DNA from: Nitrospirota bacterium | GTDB taxonomy: Bacteria > Nitrospirota > UBA9217 | NCBI GenBank assembly: GCA_963663225.1 | Contig: OY760142.1 | Location: 1,952,001-2,016,000, forward strand | DNA length: 64,000 nt | Direction of reading: 5' to 3' | Shown here: piece after piece, positions 10,034 through 18,438 of the stretch | How positions within the stretch are numbered: position 1 is the stretch's first letter | Layout: the number at the start of each line of letters is the position of its first letter | Position numbers and translations under genes: made by a program | Notes under the pieces: model-generated | Seen by the model: only the letters and a program-made list of their open reading frames with translations | Told to the model about the DNA's origin: nothing | Database searches by the model: none

Positions 10034-11416
10034 TTACGTCTTTCTTTTCAACACTTCTCTTGCCGCAACTACTCCGGAGATGGAAGCCTGAATCAGTCCC
10101 CGCGACACGCCGGCGCCGTCTCCCACGGCAAAAAGATTGTTCACTTCCGTCTCCAGGGAGGGCGTGAGTTTAAGCTTTGTGGAGTAAAACTTGACTTCCA
10201 CGCAGTAGAGCAGGGTGTCTCCTGAATTCACGCCCGGTGCGACATTGTCGAGCGCTTCGAGCATTTCCATAATATTGTGCAGATGCCGGTAGGGAAGTGC
10301 GAAACTGATATCGCCGGGGGTGGCATCGTCAAGCGACGGCCGCACCGATCCGTCCGCAATCCGCTCCGGCGTCGAGCGCCTTCCCATCTTCAGGTCGCCA
10401 AGCCGCTGCACAATCACTCCGCCTCCCAGAAGCTGGGCAAGGCCGGCAATATATTTGCCGTAGGATATGGGATCGTTGAACGGCTTGGTAAAGTCCGTGC
10501 TCACCAGCAGCGCAAAGTTGGTGTTCTCCGTTTTGCGGTTTTTGTAGCTGTGGCCGTTCACGCTGTAAATGCCCTCGCTGTATTCCTTTACCACTTCTCC
10601 GTACGGGTTCATGCAGAATGTGCGCACCCTGTCGCTGAACCGCTTGGTCGTGTAAATAAACTTGCCCTCATACGCCACATCAGTAATATCCGTCATAATG
10701 CGCGCCGGAAGTTCCACCCGGACGCCGATGTCCACCGGGTTTTTCTGGAGCGAAAGCTTCAGTCGTTTTGCCTCTTCAGAAAGCCACGTTGAACCCTCCC
10801 TGCCCGCCGCCGCTATCACGATGGGCGCGGAGAATTTTCGTCCGTCCAGCGTTATGACTCCGGTGACGGCACCGTTGTCGTGCGTGACGTGCTGCACCGG
10901 CATGCTGAAGAGCATGTCGATCCGTCCTTCAAGATAGCCCCGGATGTTCCGCAAAACCTCCTTGCAAAGGTCCGTACCAATATGTCGGATACGCGCTGGT
11001 ATGAGATGGAGATCGTAACCGGCGGATTTTTTCTTGAGACGCGCAAATGCGTCATCGTCTTCTCCGTGGATTGCACCGTATACGCCGAATGAGCAGTAAA
11101 TGGAATCCACGTAGTCAATGAAAATCGTCAGATCTTCAACTGAAAGATAGTCGCGCAGCCATCCCCCGAATTCGGAAGTGAGGGTGAGTTTCCCGTCGCT
11201 GTATGCGCCGGCTCCTCCCCAGCCGCATAGGATGCTGCATTGATCGCATTGTGCGCAGGGAGTTTCGGATTCGACCATAGGACACGCCCGGGTCTGGATA
11301 TCACCGCCTTTTTCTATCATGAGAATACTGAGGTTTGAATTTTTAACGAGTTCAAGAGCGGCGAAAATTCCGGACGGTCCGGAACCGATTATAATGACAT
11401 CATAGGCTGTTTTCAC
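10034..11416 (-). CDS. NAD(P)/FAD-dependent oxidoreductase (COG2509-like) with an N-terminal Cys cluster
   Basis: GSGPSG Rossmann motif, CP-x7-C-x2-C-x2-C, GGAGAYSDGK and C-terminal GDGAG. GTG start with an AGGAG RBS. Confidence 0.87.
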   Translation of the reverse strand: MKTAYDVIIIGSGPSGIFAALELVKNSNLSILMIEKGGDIQTRACPMVESETPCAQCDQCSILCGWGGAGAYSDGKLTLTSEFGGWLRDYLSVEDLTIFIDYVDSIYCSFGVYGAIHGEDDDAFARLKKKSAGYDLHLIPARIRHIGTDLCKEVLRNIRGYLEGRIDMLFSMPVQHVTHDNGAVTGVITLDGRKFSAPIVIAAAGREGSTWLSEEAKRLKLSLQKNPVDIGVRVELPARIMTDITDVAYEGKFIYTTKRFSDRVRTFCMNPYGEVVKEYSEGIYSVNGHSYKNRKTENTNFALLVSTDFTKPFNDPISYGKYIAGLAQLLGGGVIVQRLGDLKMGRRSTPERIADGSVRPSLDDATPGDISFALPYRHLHNIMEMLEALDNVAPGVNSGDTLLYCVEVKFYSTKLKLTPSLETEVNNLFAVGDGAGVSRGLIQASISGVVAAREVLKRKT

Positions 11417-11612
11417 GGAGAACTCCTTCCCATTCGTGCAGAATAGAGTAATGCGGGTACGCCTGGTAGCCGGATGATCGTAACATTAATCTGATAACCG
11501 AACGGGCATCGTGCTGACGAGGAATTTTGGAGCCAGGGCTGTAGCACGGTTCAGGCAGGAAAGAGCAGAATCCTCCGCCTGCCTATAATTCTTTAGGTTT
11601 AGTATTGTTTTA

Positions 11613-11640
11613 AGTGTATCTCACTGACGGCAATAGTCAA
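11613..11640 (-). promoter_or_regulatory. Candidate sigma70 promoter for the FAD oxidoreductase
   Basis: TTGACT-16 nt-TACACT on the minus strand. Confidence 0.45.
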
Positions 11641-11780
11641 GGATAAAGCAATAGAAAACAGCACCGTGACAACTTTGTACGCTATACTATTCAATAAGAA
11701 TAAACACGAAGATTGTAATTATTAAATGACGGAGAGGTTGCTGCGGAAGAGGAGTTCTATCCAACGAAAGGAGGGACGTT

Positions 11781-12965
11781 ATGAAACGGGTGTACCTAGT
11801 GTTATTCATTATGATTGCTGGTTTGTCCTGTTTTCTGGTCAATACAGCCCAATCAGAAGTCATGAAGGCAGTGTCAAAAAGCGATTATGTGGGGTCCATA
11901 ACATGCCAGAAATGCCATAAAATTCCTTCCGACACATGGAAACTTACCTATCACAGCAAACTCATTGGAAAACAGGACCAGCGGCTGCTGAAGGATGCGG
12001 CTGAAAAATGGGAAACAGACGGTTTTAACCCCGGTCCAACGAAAGGCAATGCAACAGGCAAGAAGTTTACGAGAACCGATGTGAAGTTCACAATCGGCTC
12101 AAAATGGAAGCAGCGATATCTGGTTTCGAATGAAGAAACCGGCGGCTATCAGTTCCTTGACAAGCAGTTCAACCGGATGTCGGGAAAATGGGAAAATTAC
12201 GGTCAGAAGAACGACTGGAACACCACCTGCGCAACCTGCCATACGACCGGATACCGCATTACCGAGTATGATACCGCTAGTCCAAAGACCCAGAAGACGT
12301 CATGGGTTGAAACGAGCATAGGGTGCGAGGCGTGCCATGGCCCCGGGGCGAAACATGTAAAAACAGGATCGAAAAAAGACATCTGGAATTTTGCCGGCAA
12401 GTCACCAGCTGAACAGTCCCGCGTGTGCGGGTACTGCCATATTCGTCTTGAGAACGACATGTACAAGACGGCCCAGGGGAACCCCCGGGAAGATTTTCCC
12501 GCACCAAAGGTTGGTGGAAGTTTCAAACCGTCGGATGACTGGACCACATGGTATCCTGAACAGGTGATCATTCCGGGGGTGCAGCCCGGAAATCCTTTTG
12601 ATAAGGAGTATACCGGCGACCTCAAGGGGCTTTTCATCGTGGACGAAATTTCAAAAAAGAACGGGGTATATGAAGAGGCAAAACACCATCAGGAATACCA
12701 GGGGTTCATCCAGTCGAAGCACTACAAGAGCGCGGGGATGGGGTGTCTTTCCTGCCATTCCCCTCACGCGACCAAGAAAAAACCGATGGTTGAGGCGTCA
12801 AACAGCTGTACGGCCTGCCACGATGCTTCATATACCGTGGACAAATACATGCCCGGCCTCGGCAAGACCGCTGATAATCTTTTCGTGAGATCCCATACGT
12901 TTATCAAGGACCAGCAGCGGAAAGGCCTGCCGACATATCAAGGTATACCTGTGTTCTACAAATAG
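11781..12965 (+). CDS. Periplasmic multiheme (6 CxxCH) c-type cytochrome
   Basis: Signal peptide. CQKCH, CATCH, CEACH, CGYCH, CLSCH, CTACH. GGAGG RBS. Confidence 0.92.
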   Translation: MKRVYLVLFIMIAGLSCFLVNTAQSEVMKAVSKSDYVGSITCQKCHKIPSDTWKLTYHSKLIGKQDQRLLKDAAEKWETDGFNPGPTKGNATGKKFTRTDVKFTIGSKWKQRYLVSNEETGGYQFLDKQFNRMSGKWENYGQKNDWNTTCATCHTTGYRITEYDTASPKTQKTSWVETSIGCEACHGPGAKHVKTGSKKDIWNFAGKSPAEQSRVCGYCHIRLENDMYKTAQGNPREDFPAPKVGGSFKPSDDWTTWYPEQVIIPGVQPGNPFDKEYTGDLKGLFIVDEISKKNGVYEEAKHHQEYQGFIQSKHYKSAGMGCLSCHSPHATKKKPMVEASNSCTACHDASYTVDKYMPGLGKTADNLFVRSHTFIKDQQRKGLPTYQGIPVFYK

Positions 12966-13012
12966 CCTGAAGCAGGGAATACCGGAAACATATGCGGTGA
13001 ATACATATTGCC

Positions 13013-13046
13013 GGGGAGTGAAACAATCGTCATCGTTTCACTCCCC
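13013..13046 (+). terminator. Stem-loop after the cytochrome gene (probable terminator)
   Basis: 12-bp perfect inverted repeat GGGGAGTGAAAC/GTTTCACTCCCC. The U-tract is weak. Confidence 0.6.
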
Positions 13047-13175
13047 TATTAGAACGAAACCTCACTTGCTATCCATAATTTCCTGTGGTATCTTCTAACT
13101 ATCCATCCTGGGAAACAAGCACCCAACATCAGTCTCTTTCTTAATGATAACAATACACTTCAACGGTTTTCAGAC

Positions 13176-13217
13176 AGCAAGATTTTACAAGACAACAATC
13201 TGATTTGTTTCTATAAT
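13176..13217 (+). promoter_or_regulatory. Candidate AraC-type activator site and -10 box
   Basis: AGCAAGATTTTACAAGAC (CAAGA direct repeat, 10-bp period) overlaps the -35 position. TATAAT at 13212-13217. Confidence 0.45.
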
Positions 13218-13412
13218 TTCAACAGTATTATCGGCATCGGAAGCAGCAAAAAGAGCCGCCTGCATGCTTTTGTGCAGAATGTCGCTCTCTGTTTGTTTGT
13301 ACGCATTTTTTGCCGGCCGAGCACGTGCATACCCCGAAAGAAGCATTTTGCCTCATTGTGCCGCCTGCCCTTCTCGTTTTGATTTTGCGGTTTTCTTGAG
13401 GAGTGTGATGTT

Positions 13413-14366
13413 ATGAGTTCAATACAAAATGTTTGCAGGAAGAGAAAAACAAGCTTTCCAGAAGAGGCTCTTCGCGAGATTATGCCTGCGAACTGGCAGG
13501 ACAGGGATATATCGTATGAACAACCGAACGATCAGTGCATGAAACTGATTCAGGCAAAAGACATCACAAATTATTTTTCGAAGCATGTTCACGAAAAACT
13601 GTATATCGGGATTATTCAAAAGGGCGTACGGCGGATGCGATACCGGGGCTCTTCCGCGGATCTTAGCCCTGGGCAGATATTCCTTCTGAATGTCGACGAG
13701 CCGCACGAATGTGATGACGATGATCTCAATTTGCAGATTATCGGTTTTCCGGAACGCATTTTTTTGCAAATAGCCCGTGAGATCAACCTCAAATCCGCTC
13801 CGCAAACAATATCTTTTAGCAAATTAGTTGCCACTGACCGGTTTCTTTTTTCAGAAATAACATCATTATTATCACTTCTTGACTCCAATGCATCACGACT
13901 TACAGTCGAGTCGAAAATTAACGGCATTCTGTCCCGGCTTGTCATGCGACATACGACCTGGAGCGAGACCCTGCCCGAAAAAACGCTGTCGTTCACGGCA
14001 TCTGTGCGCCTGGCGAAAGAATACGTCCAGGAGAACTACGCTCGCGAGATATCGCTCGGTGATCTTGCTCAACTCACCGGGTTGACACCGTACCATCTCA
14101 GCAGGATTTTCACCGCCACGTATGGCATGTCACCGCATCAATATTTAACACACGTCCGCGTAGAAGCCGCCAAAAAACTCCTTACAAATCTGGACACGAC
14201 GCTGTCCGATGTGGCCCTGAACGCAGGATTTTATGATCACAGCCATTTCTGCAGGACGTTCAAGCGGTATACGGGAAGCACACCGCGGGAATTCGTTGAG
14301 CAGCATAAAGCAGGGAGCATTCCTGTTACGATGAGAGAAACTCGAAAAGTGCCTGCGACGCGATAA
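13413..14366 (+). CDS. AraC family transcriptional regulator
   Basis: Cupin-type ligand domain (KHVHE, EPHEC) and tandem HTH (LSRIF...GMSPHQY, GFYDHSHFCRTFKRYTGSTP). Confidence 0.93.
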   Translation: MSSIQNVCRKRKTSFPEEALREIMPANWQDRDISYEQPNDQCMKLIQAKDITNYFSKHVHEKLYIGIIQKGVRRMRYRGSSADLSPGQIFLLNVDEPHECDDDDLNLQIIGFPERIFLQIAREINLKSAPQTISFSKLVATDRFLFSEITSLLSLLDSNASRLTVESKINGILSRLVMRHTTWSETLPEKTLSFTASVRLAKEYVQENYAREISLGDLAQLTGLTPYHLSRIFTATYGMSPHQYLTHVRVEAAKKLLTNLDTTLSDVALNAGFYDHSHFCRTFKRYTGSTPREFVEQHKAGSIPVTMRETRKVPATR

Positions 14367-14425
14367 TAACGATATTTCGGGAGCAGCATGCTGGCTGGTG
14401 TGCGACAGGAGGGGAAAAGTCCTAT

Positions 14426-15307
14426 ATGGAGGTCGGAGAAGACAAGATAGTCGAAACAATTGGCCTTGTAAATCATGTGTGGCTGGCCACGCTGGCCGAC
14501 GAACAAGCAAAAAAACAAATAGGCCTGAATCATGTAAGCCATATGTGGGACCAGGACCGACCCTACTGGTACCTCTGGTTTGATGGCTGTCCCGGAGTTT
14601 ATAAAATGGAACTCCAGGGGTCAAAATCCGCAAAAGGCTATGATTGGCTGGCGGCGTTTTCCCTCAAGTATTATCCCGCAGAAACAGAATCGTCCTTTGA
14701 TAACCTCTCAACGCTTGAAAAACTTTGCAGAACCAGCGATATGTTCCACTCCCTTCCGTCGTACGGGGTCTGTGATTGCCCTTGCCAGGGACTGCATCCC
14801 GGCCATGGCCATAAAATTCACTCGTCAAAAAATACGGGTGCACCCGATATTGCCTTTCATGACGTCATACCTGCCGGTTTTTTTTATACCGGTGACGTGC
14901 AGATCGCATTTAACGAGCGGTCCGGCAGTGTGATTCGTTTGGAAAGCCAGACAAGCTGGAAAACAATCATGCAGAGTGATTTTACGCTGCGTGATGACGC
15001 AGGCGGCACCCTCGCGGAACTTAAAAAGGGGCAGGCGGATAAGGATTATCCAGGATTTACTATCTCCCAGTTGTTGTACCGGAGGCTGGTTGCAAGCTGG
15101 TCACGCATCCATCAGTACACAGTTGAAAGTAAATCCGTGCGGGAATTAGAAGGAACAGTGTTTCTGTCAGATGGCTATACAGCCGCACCTATGCCATCCG
15201 CTGATGTGAAACGGACCATAATCCAGTCTGAATTGCGCCGCAATCCATCGGACAGACTGGACCCGCTTCCTTGGGATGACCACCATCTGATGGAAAAAAT
15301 AGTCTGA
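14426..15307 (+). CDS. Hypothetical protein with a Cys/His-rich segment
   Basis: 293-aa ORF with an AGGAGGG RBS, co-oriented with its neighbours. Contains CDCPCQGLHPGHGHKIH. Confidence 0.75.
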   Translation: MEVGEDKIVETIGLVNHVWLATLADEQAKKQIGLNHVSHMWDQDRPYWYLWFDGCPGVYKMELQGSKSAKGYDWLAAFSLKYYPAETESSFDNLSTLEKLCRTSDMFHSLPSYGVCDCPCQGLHPGHGHKIHSSKNTGAPDIAFHDVIPAGFFYTGDVQIAFNERSGSVIRLESQTSWKTIMQSDFTLRDDAGGTLAELKKGQADKDYPGFTISQLLYRRLVASWSRIHQYTVESKSVRELEGTVFLSDGYTAAPMPSADVKRTIIQSELRRNPSDRLDPLPWDDHHLMEKIV

Positions 15308-15432
15308 CAGAACGCGAGGAGCGTCAAATTTTAGAATAAAACGCTGAAGCTGAAATGGTCTCGGTTGCGGAGGCGAGATAGAGGGATAGAGACAAAGGAA
15401 ATATGCCAGATTAATCGAAAGGAGGTGATAGC

Positions 15433-15753
15433 ATGAGGAAACGTCATGCCGTTGTACTCGCCGTATGCGCATGCATGCTTCTTTCAGTTTTTAGTATTGC
15501 ATATGGATATTCAGAAAACGACATAACCGTCAAGGCAACGGTTTATGGTGCAGCCTGGAACGCAACCGGAGATGTGACGAGCGTATCCCTGCTCACCGTC
15601 GAAGGTGATGAATTGTTTGTGGTGCATAATGCAGTCGGAGATGAGCTTTTAAAACAAGTTGATCAGAATATCAAGGCAAACGGGGCGGTGCTTGTTGATA
15701 AGCAGGGTCGAAAAAATATAACCATCTACAAATATGAAATTTTGTTCAACTGA
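15433..15753 (+). CDS. Small secreted beta-rich protein (possible OB-fold), copy 1
   Basis: AGGAGGTG RBS, Sec-type signal peptide ending AYG, close paralog at 16972. Confidence 0.85.
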   Translation: MRKRHAVVLAVCACMLLSVFSIAYGYSENDITVKATVYGAAWNATGDVTSVSLLTVEGDELFVVHNAVGDELLKQVDQNIKANGAVLVDKQGRKNITIYKYEILFN

Positions 15754-15789
15754 TAAGACAGTAAAAACGCGGAAATTTAAGGAGGGCTT

Positions 15790-16854
15790 ATGGAACGAAG
15801 AGATTTTCTGAAAGCGATGGCCGCATCCGGAGCGGCACTCGCGGCTACAGGACTGGGCGTGGACGGGAAGAATGCCTGGGCCGATGCAAAGCGTGAAGAT
15901 ATCGGAATGTGCAAATCGGTGAAAGTCACCTGCGTTTCGGAAACAAGCTGGTTCGATTCACCGCGGATGCTCCAGGACATCAAGGACGCGGGCGGCGCCA
16001 TGGTCTCGCACTATGAAATACCGTGGACCCAGAGCAATCTTGGCGGTTATGTGGCGCTTATAGAAGTCGAACAGCTTGACGGCACGAAGCACATTATCCA
16101 GCTGGATACCGGCTGGAGTGTAGCCTGGACCGATTATGTCCTTGAGAAGTCGGGCCTGTCCAGCCTGCTCCAGAAGAAGAAAGTAGATGTCCTGGTCATG
16201 AGCCATGAACATGAAGACCATTTCTTTGGGCTTACGTCAACCCTTAAACGGTATGACAAAATTCCGATGGTCATTCCGAACACGTTCTATCCGGAAGGGA
16301 AGTTGATGCTAGCCGGCAAGTACAAAAACGACAAGTCGAAAGCTTCAAATAATATTCCGCACAGAGGAGAACTCGTCGAGGTGAGCGGCAGCAAGCTTTA
16401 TAAGATGTATCCCGGCGTAGCGGTCAAAATGTTTGATATTCCGATTATGCTCAGAACGCGCGGAGAGCAGGCTCTTATCTTCAACATCAAAGACAAGGGA
16501 GTCGCTACCGTGACCGGCTGCTGCCACATGGGCATTATGAATCTCGTAAACTATGCCGCCAGAAATATTGAAGGATACAAGCCGTATGGAAGTTACGGCG
16601 GGTTCCATATCGCGGCATTCGAAAACTGGGATCCCAAGTTTGACGACATCATCCACGGGCTGAAAAAAATGAACCTTACAAAGCTCGGTTGCAACCATTG
16701 CACGGGATGGGTATGGGCCCAGCGCGCGCGCGAATTGGGTCTTCCCATCGTGTTAGGCACACAGAAATACAAGGAATACAAGAGATTGCCGACCACCGGG
16801 CCGGGGGCCAAGGAAAACGTGTATCTCAGAAACGGAGACGTTATTGTTTTCTAG
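15790..16854 (+). CDS. Tat-exported metallo-beta-lactamase-fold hydrolase (COG1237-like), copy 1
   Basis: Twin-arginine ERRDFLK, DTG, SHEHEDH (HxHxDH), TGCCH, GGFH, NHCTG. Confidence 0.88.
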   Translation: MERRDFLKAMAASGAALAATGLGVDGKNAWADAKREDIGMCKSVKVTCVSETSWFDSPRMLQDIKDAGGAMVSHYEIPWTQSNLGGYVALIEVEQLDGTKHIIQLDTGWSVAWTDYVLEKSGLSSLLQKKKVDVLVMSHEHEDHFFGLTSTLKRYDKIPMVIPNTFYPEGKLMLAGKYKNDKSKASNNIPHRGELVEVSGSKLYKMYPGVAVKMFDIPIMLRTRGEQALIFNIKDKGVATVTGCCHMGIMNLVNYAARNIEGYKPYGSYGGFHIAAFENWDPKFDDIIHGLKKMNLTKLGCNHCTGWVWAQRARELGLPIVLGTQKYKEYKRLPTTGPGAKENVYLRNGDVIVF

Positions 16855-16971
16855 TCTGTCAGGGAATGGGCGATCAACCCCGCTGCATAGTTACAGGCGG
16901 GACAAATGCCGGTCAATATGGTCTCGTGTCATACTGTGCACAATAACACCTGAATGGTAAAGGAGGTTAAA

Positions 16972-17295
16972 ATGCGACAAAAGCGGAACTCGGCAATGAT
17001 GGTGCTGGCTGTCTGCATGTTGTTGTCCCTCTTCACCAGTGCTTATGGATATTCTGAAAATGATATTACCGTAAAAGCATCGGTTTATGGTGCAGCTTGG
17101 AACGAAAAAGGAGAAGTAACTGAAGTATCTCTTCTCACCACGGACGGGGATGAACTTTTTGTTGTGCATAACCCTGTCGGCGACGAGCTTTTGAAGCTGG
17201 TCGAGCAGAACATCAAAGTAAACGGCGCCGTTACCCTTGATAAACAAGGGAGGAAAAACATAACGATTTACAAATACGAGATCAGTTTCAACTGA
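16972..17295 (+). CDS. Small secreted beta-rich protein (possible OB-fold), copy 2
   Basis: AGGAGG RBS at 16961. Mature part is 67/81 identical to copy 1 (manual count). Confidence 0.85.
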   Translation: MRQKRNSAMMVLAVCMLLSLFTSAYGYSENDITVKASVYGAAWNEKGEVTEVSLLTTDGDELFVVHNPVGDELLKLVEQNIKVNGAVTLDKQGRKNITIYKYEISFN

Positions 17296-17331
17296 GCGGC
17301 TGTTTGCACAAACTGCGGGAAGGAGGAACAT

Positions 17332-18402
17332 ATGGATCGTAGAGATTTTTTGAAGACACTGGCTGCATCCGGAGCTTCCCTTGCGGCCACGGAGTTGGGA
17401 ATGGGCGGCAGCGCGAAGCAAGCCTGGGCTGTTGGGAAAAAAGAAGATATCGGGCAATGCAAATCGGTCAAAGTAACCTGTGTTTCCGAAACCGCCTGGT
17501 TTGATTCTGCAAGAATGCTTCAGGATATTAAGGATACCGGCGGCGCCATGGTCTCCAGTTATGCCCACCCCTGGACACAAAGCAACATTGGAGGATACAG
17601 CGCCCTTATCGAGGTGGAACAGCTTGACGGTTCAAAACACACCATTCTCATGGACACCAACTGGACCCAGGAATGGTGCGACTATGTGTTCCAGAAATCC
17701 GGGGTGGATGCCCTGCTGCAGAAAAAGAAAATCGACATCATGGTGATTACCCATGAGCACCATGATCATTACTGGGGCATAAAGTCTACGTTGAAAAGAT
17801 GGCAGAACATACCGCTGGTCATTCCCAATACGTTTTATCCGGAAGGGAAAGCGCTGCTGGAAGGCAAATATAAAAACGACATCGCCAAAGTGGAAAATAA
17901 TATTCCGCATACGGGCGAACGCATCGTACTGGGGCCCGACAAACTCCTGAAACTCTACCCCGGCGTTGCGGTCAAGATGTTTGATTTGCCGATTATGAAC
18001 AGGGTGCGCGGCGAGCAAAACCTCTACTTCAACGTACAAGGCAAGGGAATCGTGGCGGTGACCGGATGCTGCCATGCAGGCATCCTTAACCTGATGCATT
18101 GGGCCGTGCGCAATATCGAGGGAGCAAAGCCGTATGGTTCCTACGGCGGGATGCATATCGCAGCATTTGAAAACTGGGACCCGAAGTTTGACGATATCAT
18201 TTTCGGCTTGAAAAAAATGAACATGACGAAAATCGGATGCAATCACTGCAGCGGTTGGGTTTGGGCAACACGCGCACGGGAGCTGGGACTGCCGATTGTC
18301 CTCGGTTCGCAAAAATACACGCAATATAAGAGAGTGCCCACTACAGGGCCGGGAGCAAAGGAAAATGTCTACCTCCGCAACGGAGACGTGGTCGTTTTCT
18401 AA
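17332..18402 (+). CDS. Tat-exported metallo-beta-lactamase-fold hydrolase (COG1237-like), copy 2
   Basis: DRRDFLK, THEHHDH, TGCCH, GGMH, NHCSG. Collinear with copy 1. Confidence 0.88.
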   Translation: MDRRDFLKTLAASGASLAATELGMGGSAKQAWAVGKKEDIGQCKSVKVTCVSETAWFDSARMLQDIKDTGGAMVSSYAHPWTQSNIGGYSALIEVEQLDGSKHTILMDTNWTQEWCDYVFQKSGVDALLQKKKIDIMVITHEHHDHYWGIKSTLKRWQNIPLVIPNTFYPEGKALLEGKYKNDIAKVENNIPHTGERIVLGPDKLLKLYPGVAVKMFDLPIMNRVRGEQNLYFNVQGKGIVAVTGCCHAGILNLMHWAVRNIEGAKPYGSYGGMHIAAFENWDPKFDDIIFGLKKMNMTKIGCNHCSGWVWATRARELGLPIVLGSQKYTQYKRVPTTGPGAKENVYLRNGDVVVF

Positions 18403-18438
18403 CAGGCACTGAATACGGCACGAGGAGGTCATTGCACT

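Noticed and set aside
11664-11682. CRP/FNR-like site upstream of the cytochrome (GTGACAACTTTGTAC)
   Set aside because: Only one half-site resembles the consensus, which is too weak to call.
15790-18402. Antibiotic-resistance metallo-beta-lactamases
   Set aside because: The motif set (TGCCH, GGxH, HCTG/HCSG) is COG1237-type rather than B1-B3 beta-lactamase. The fold alone does not imply resistance.
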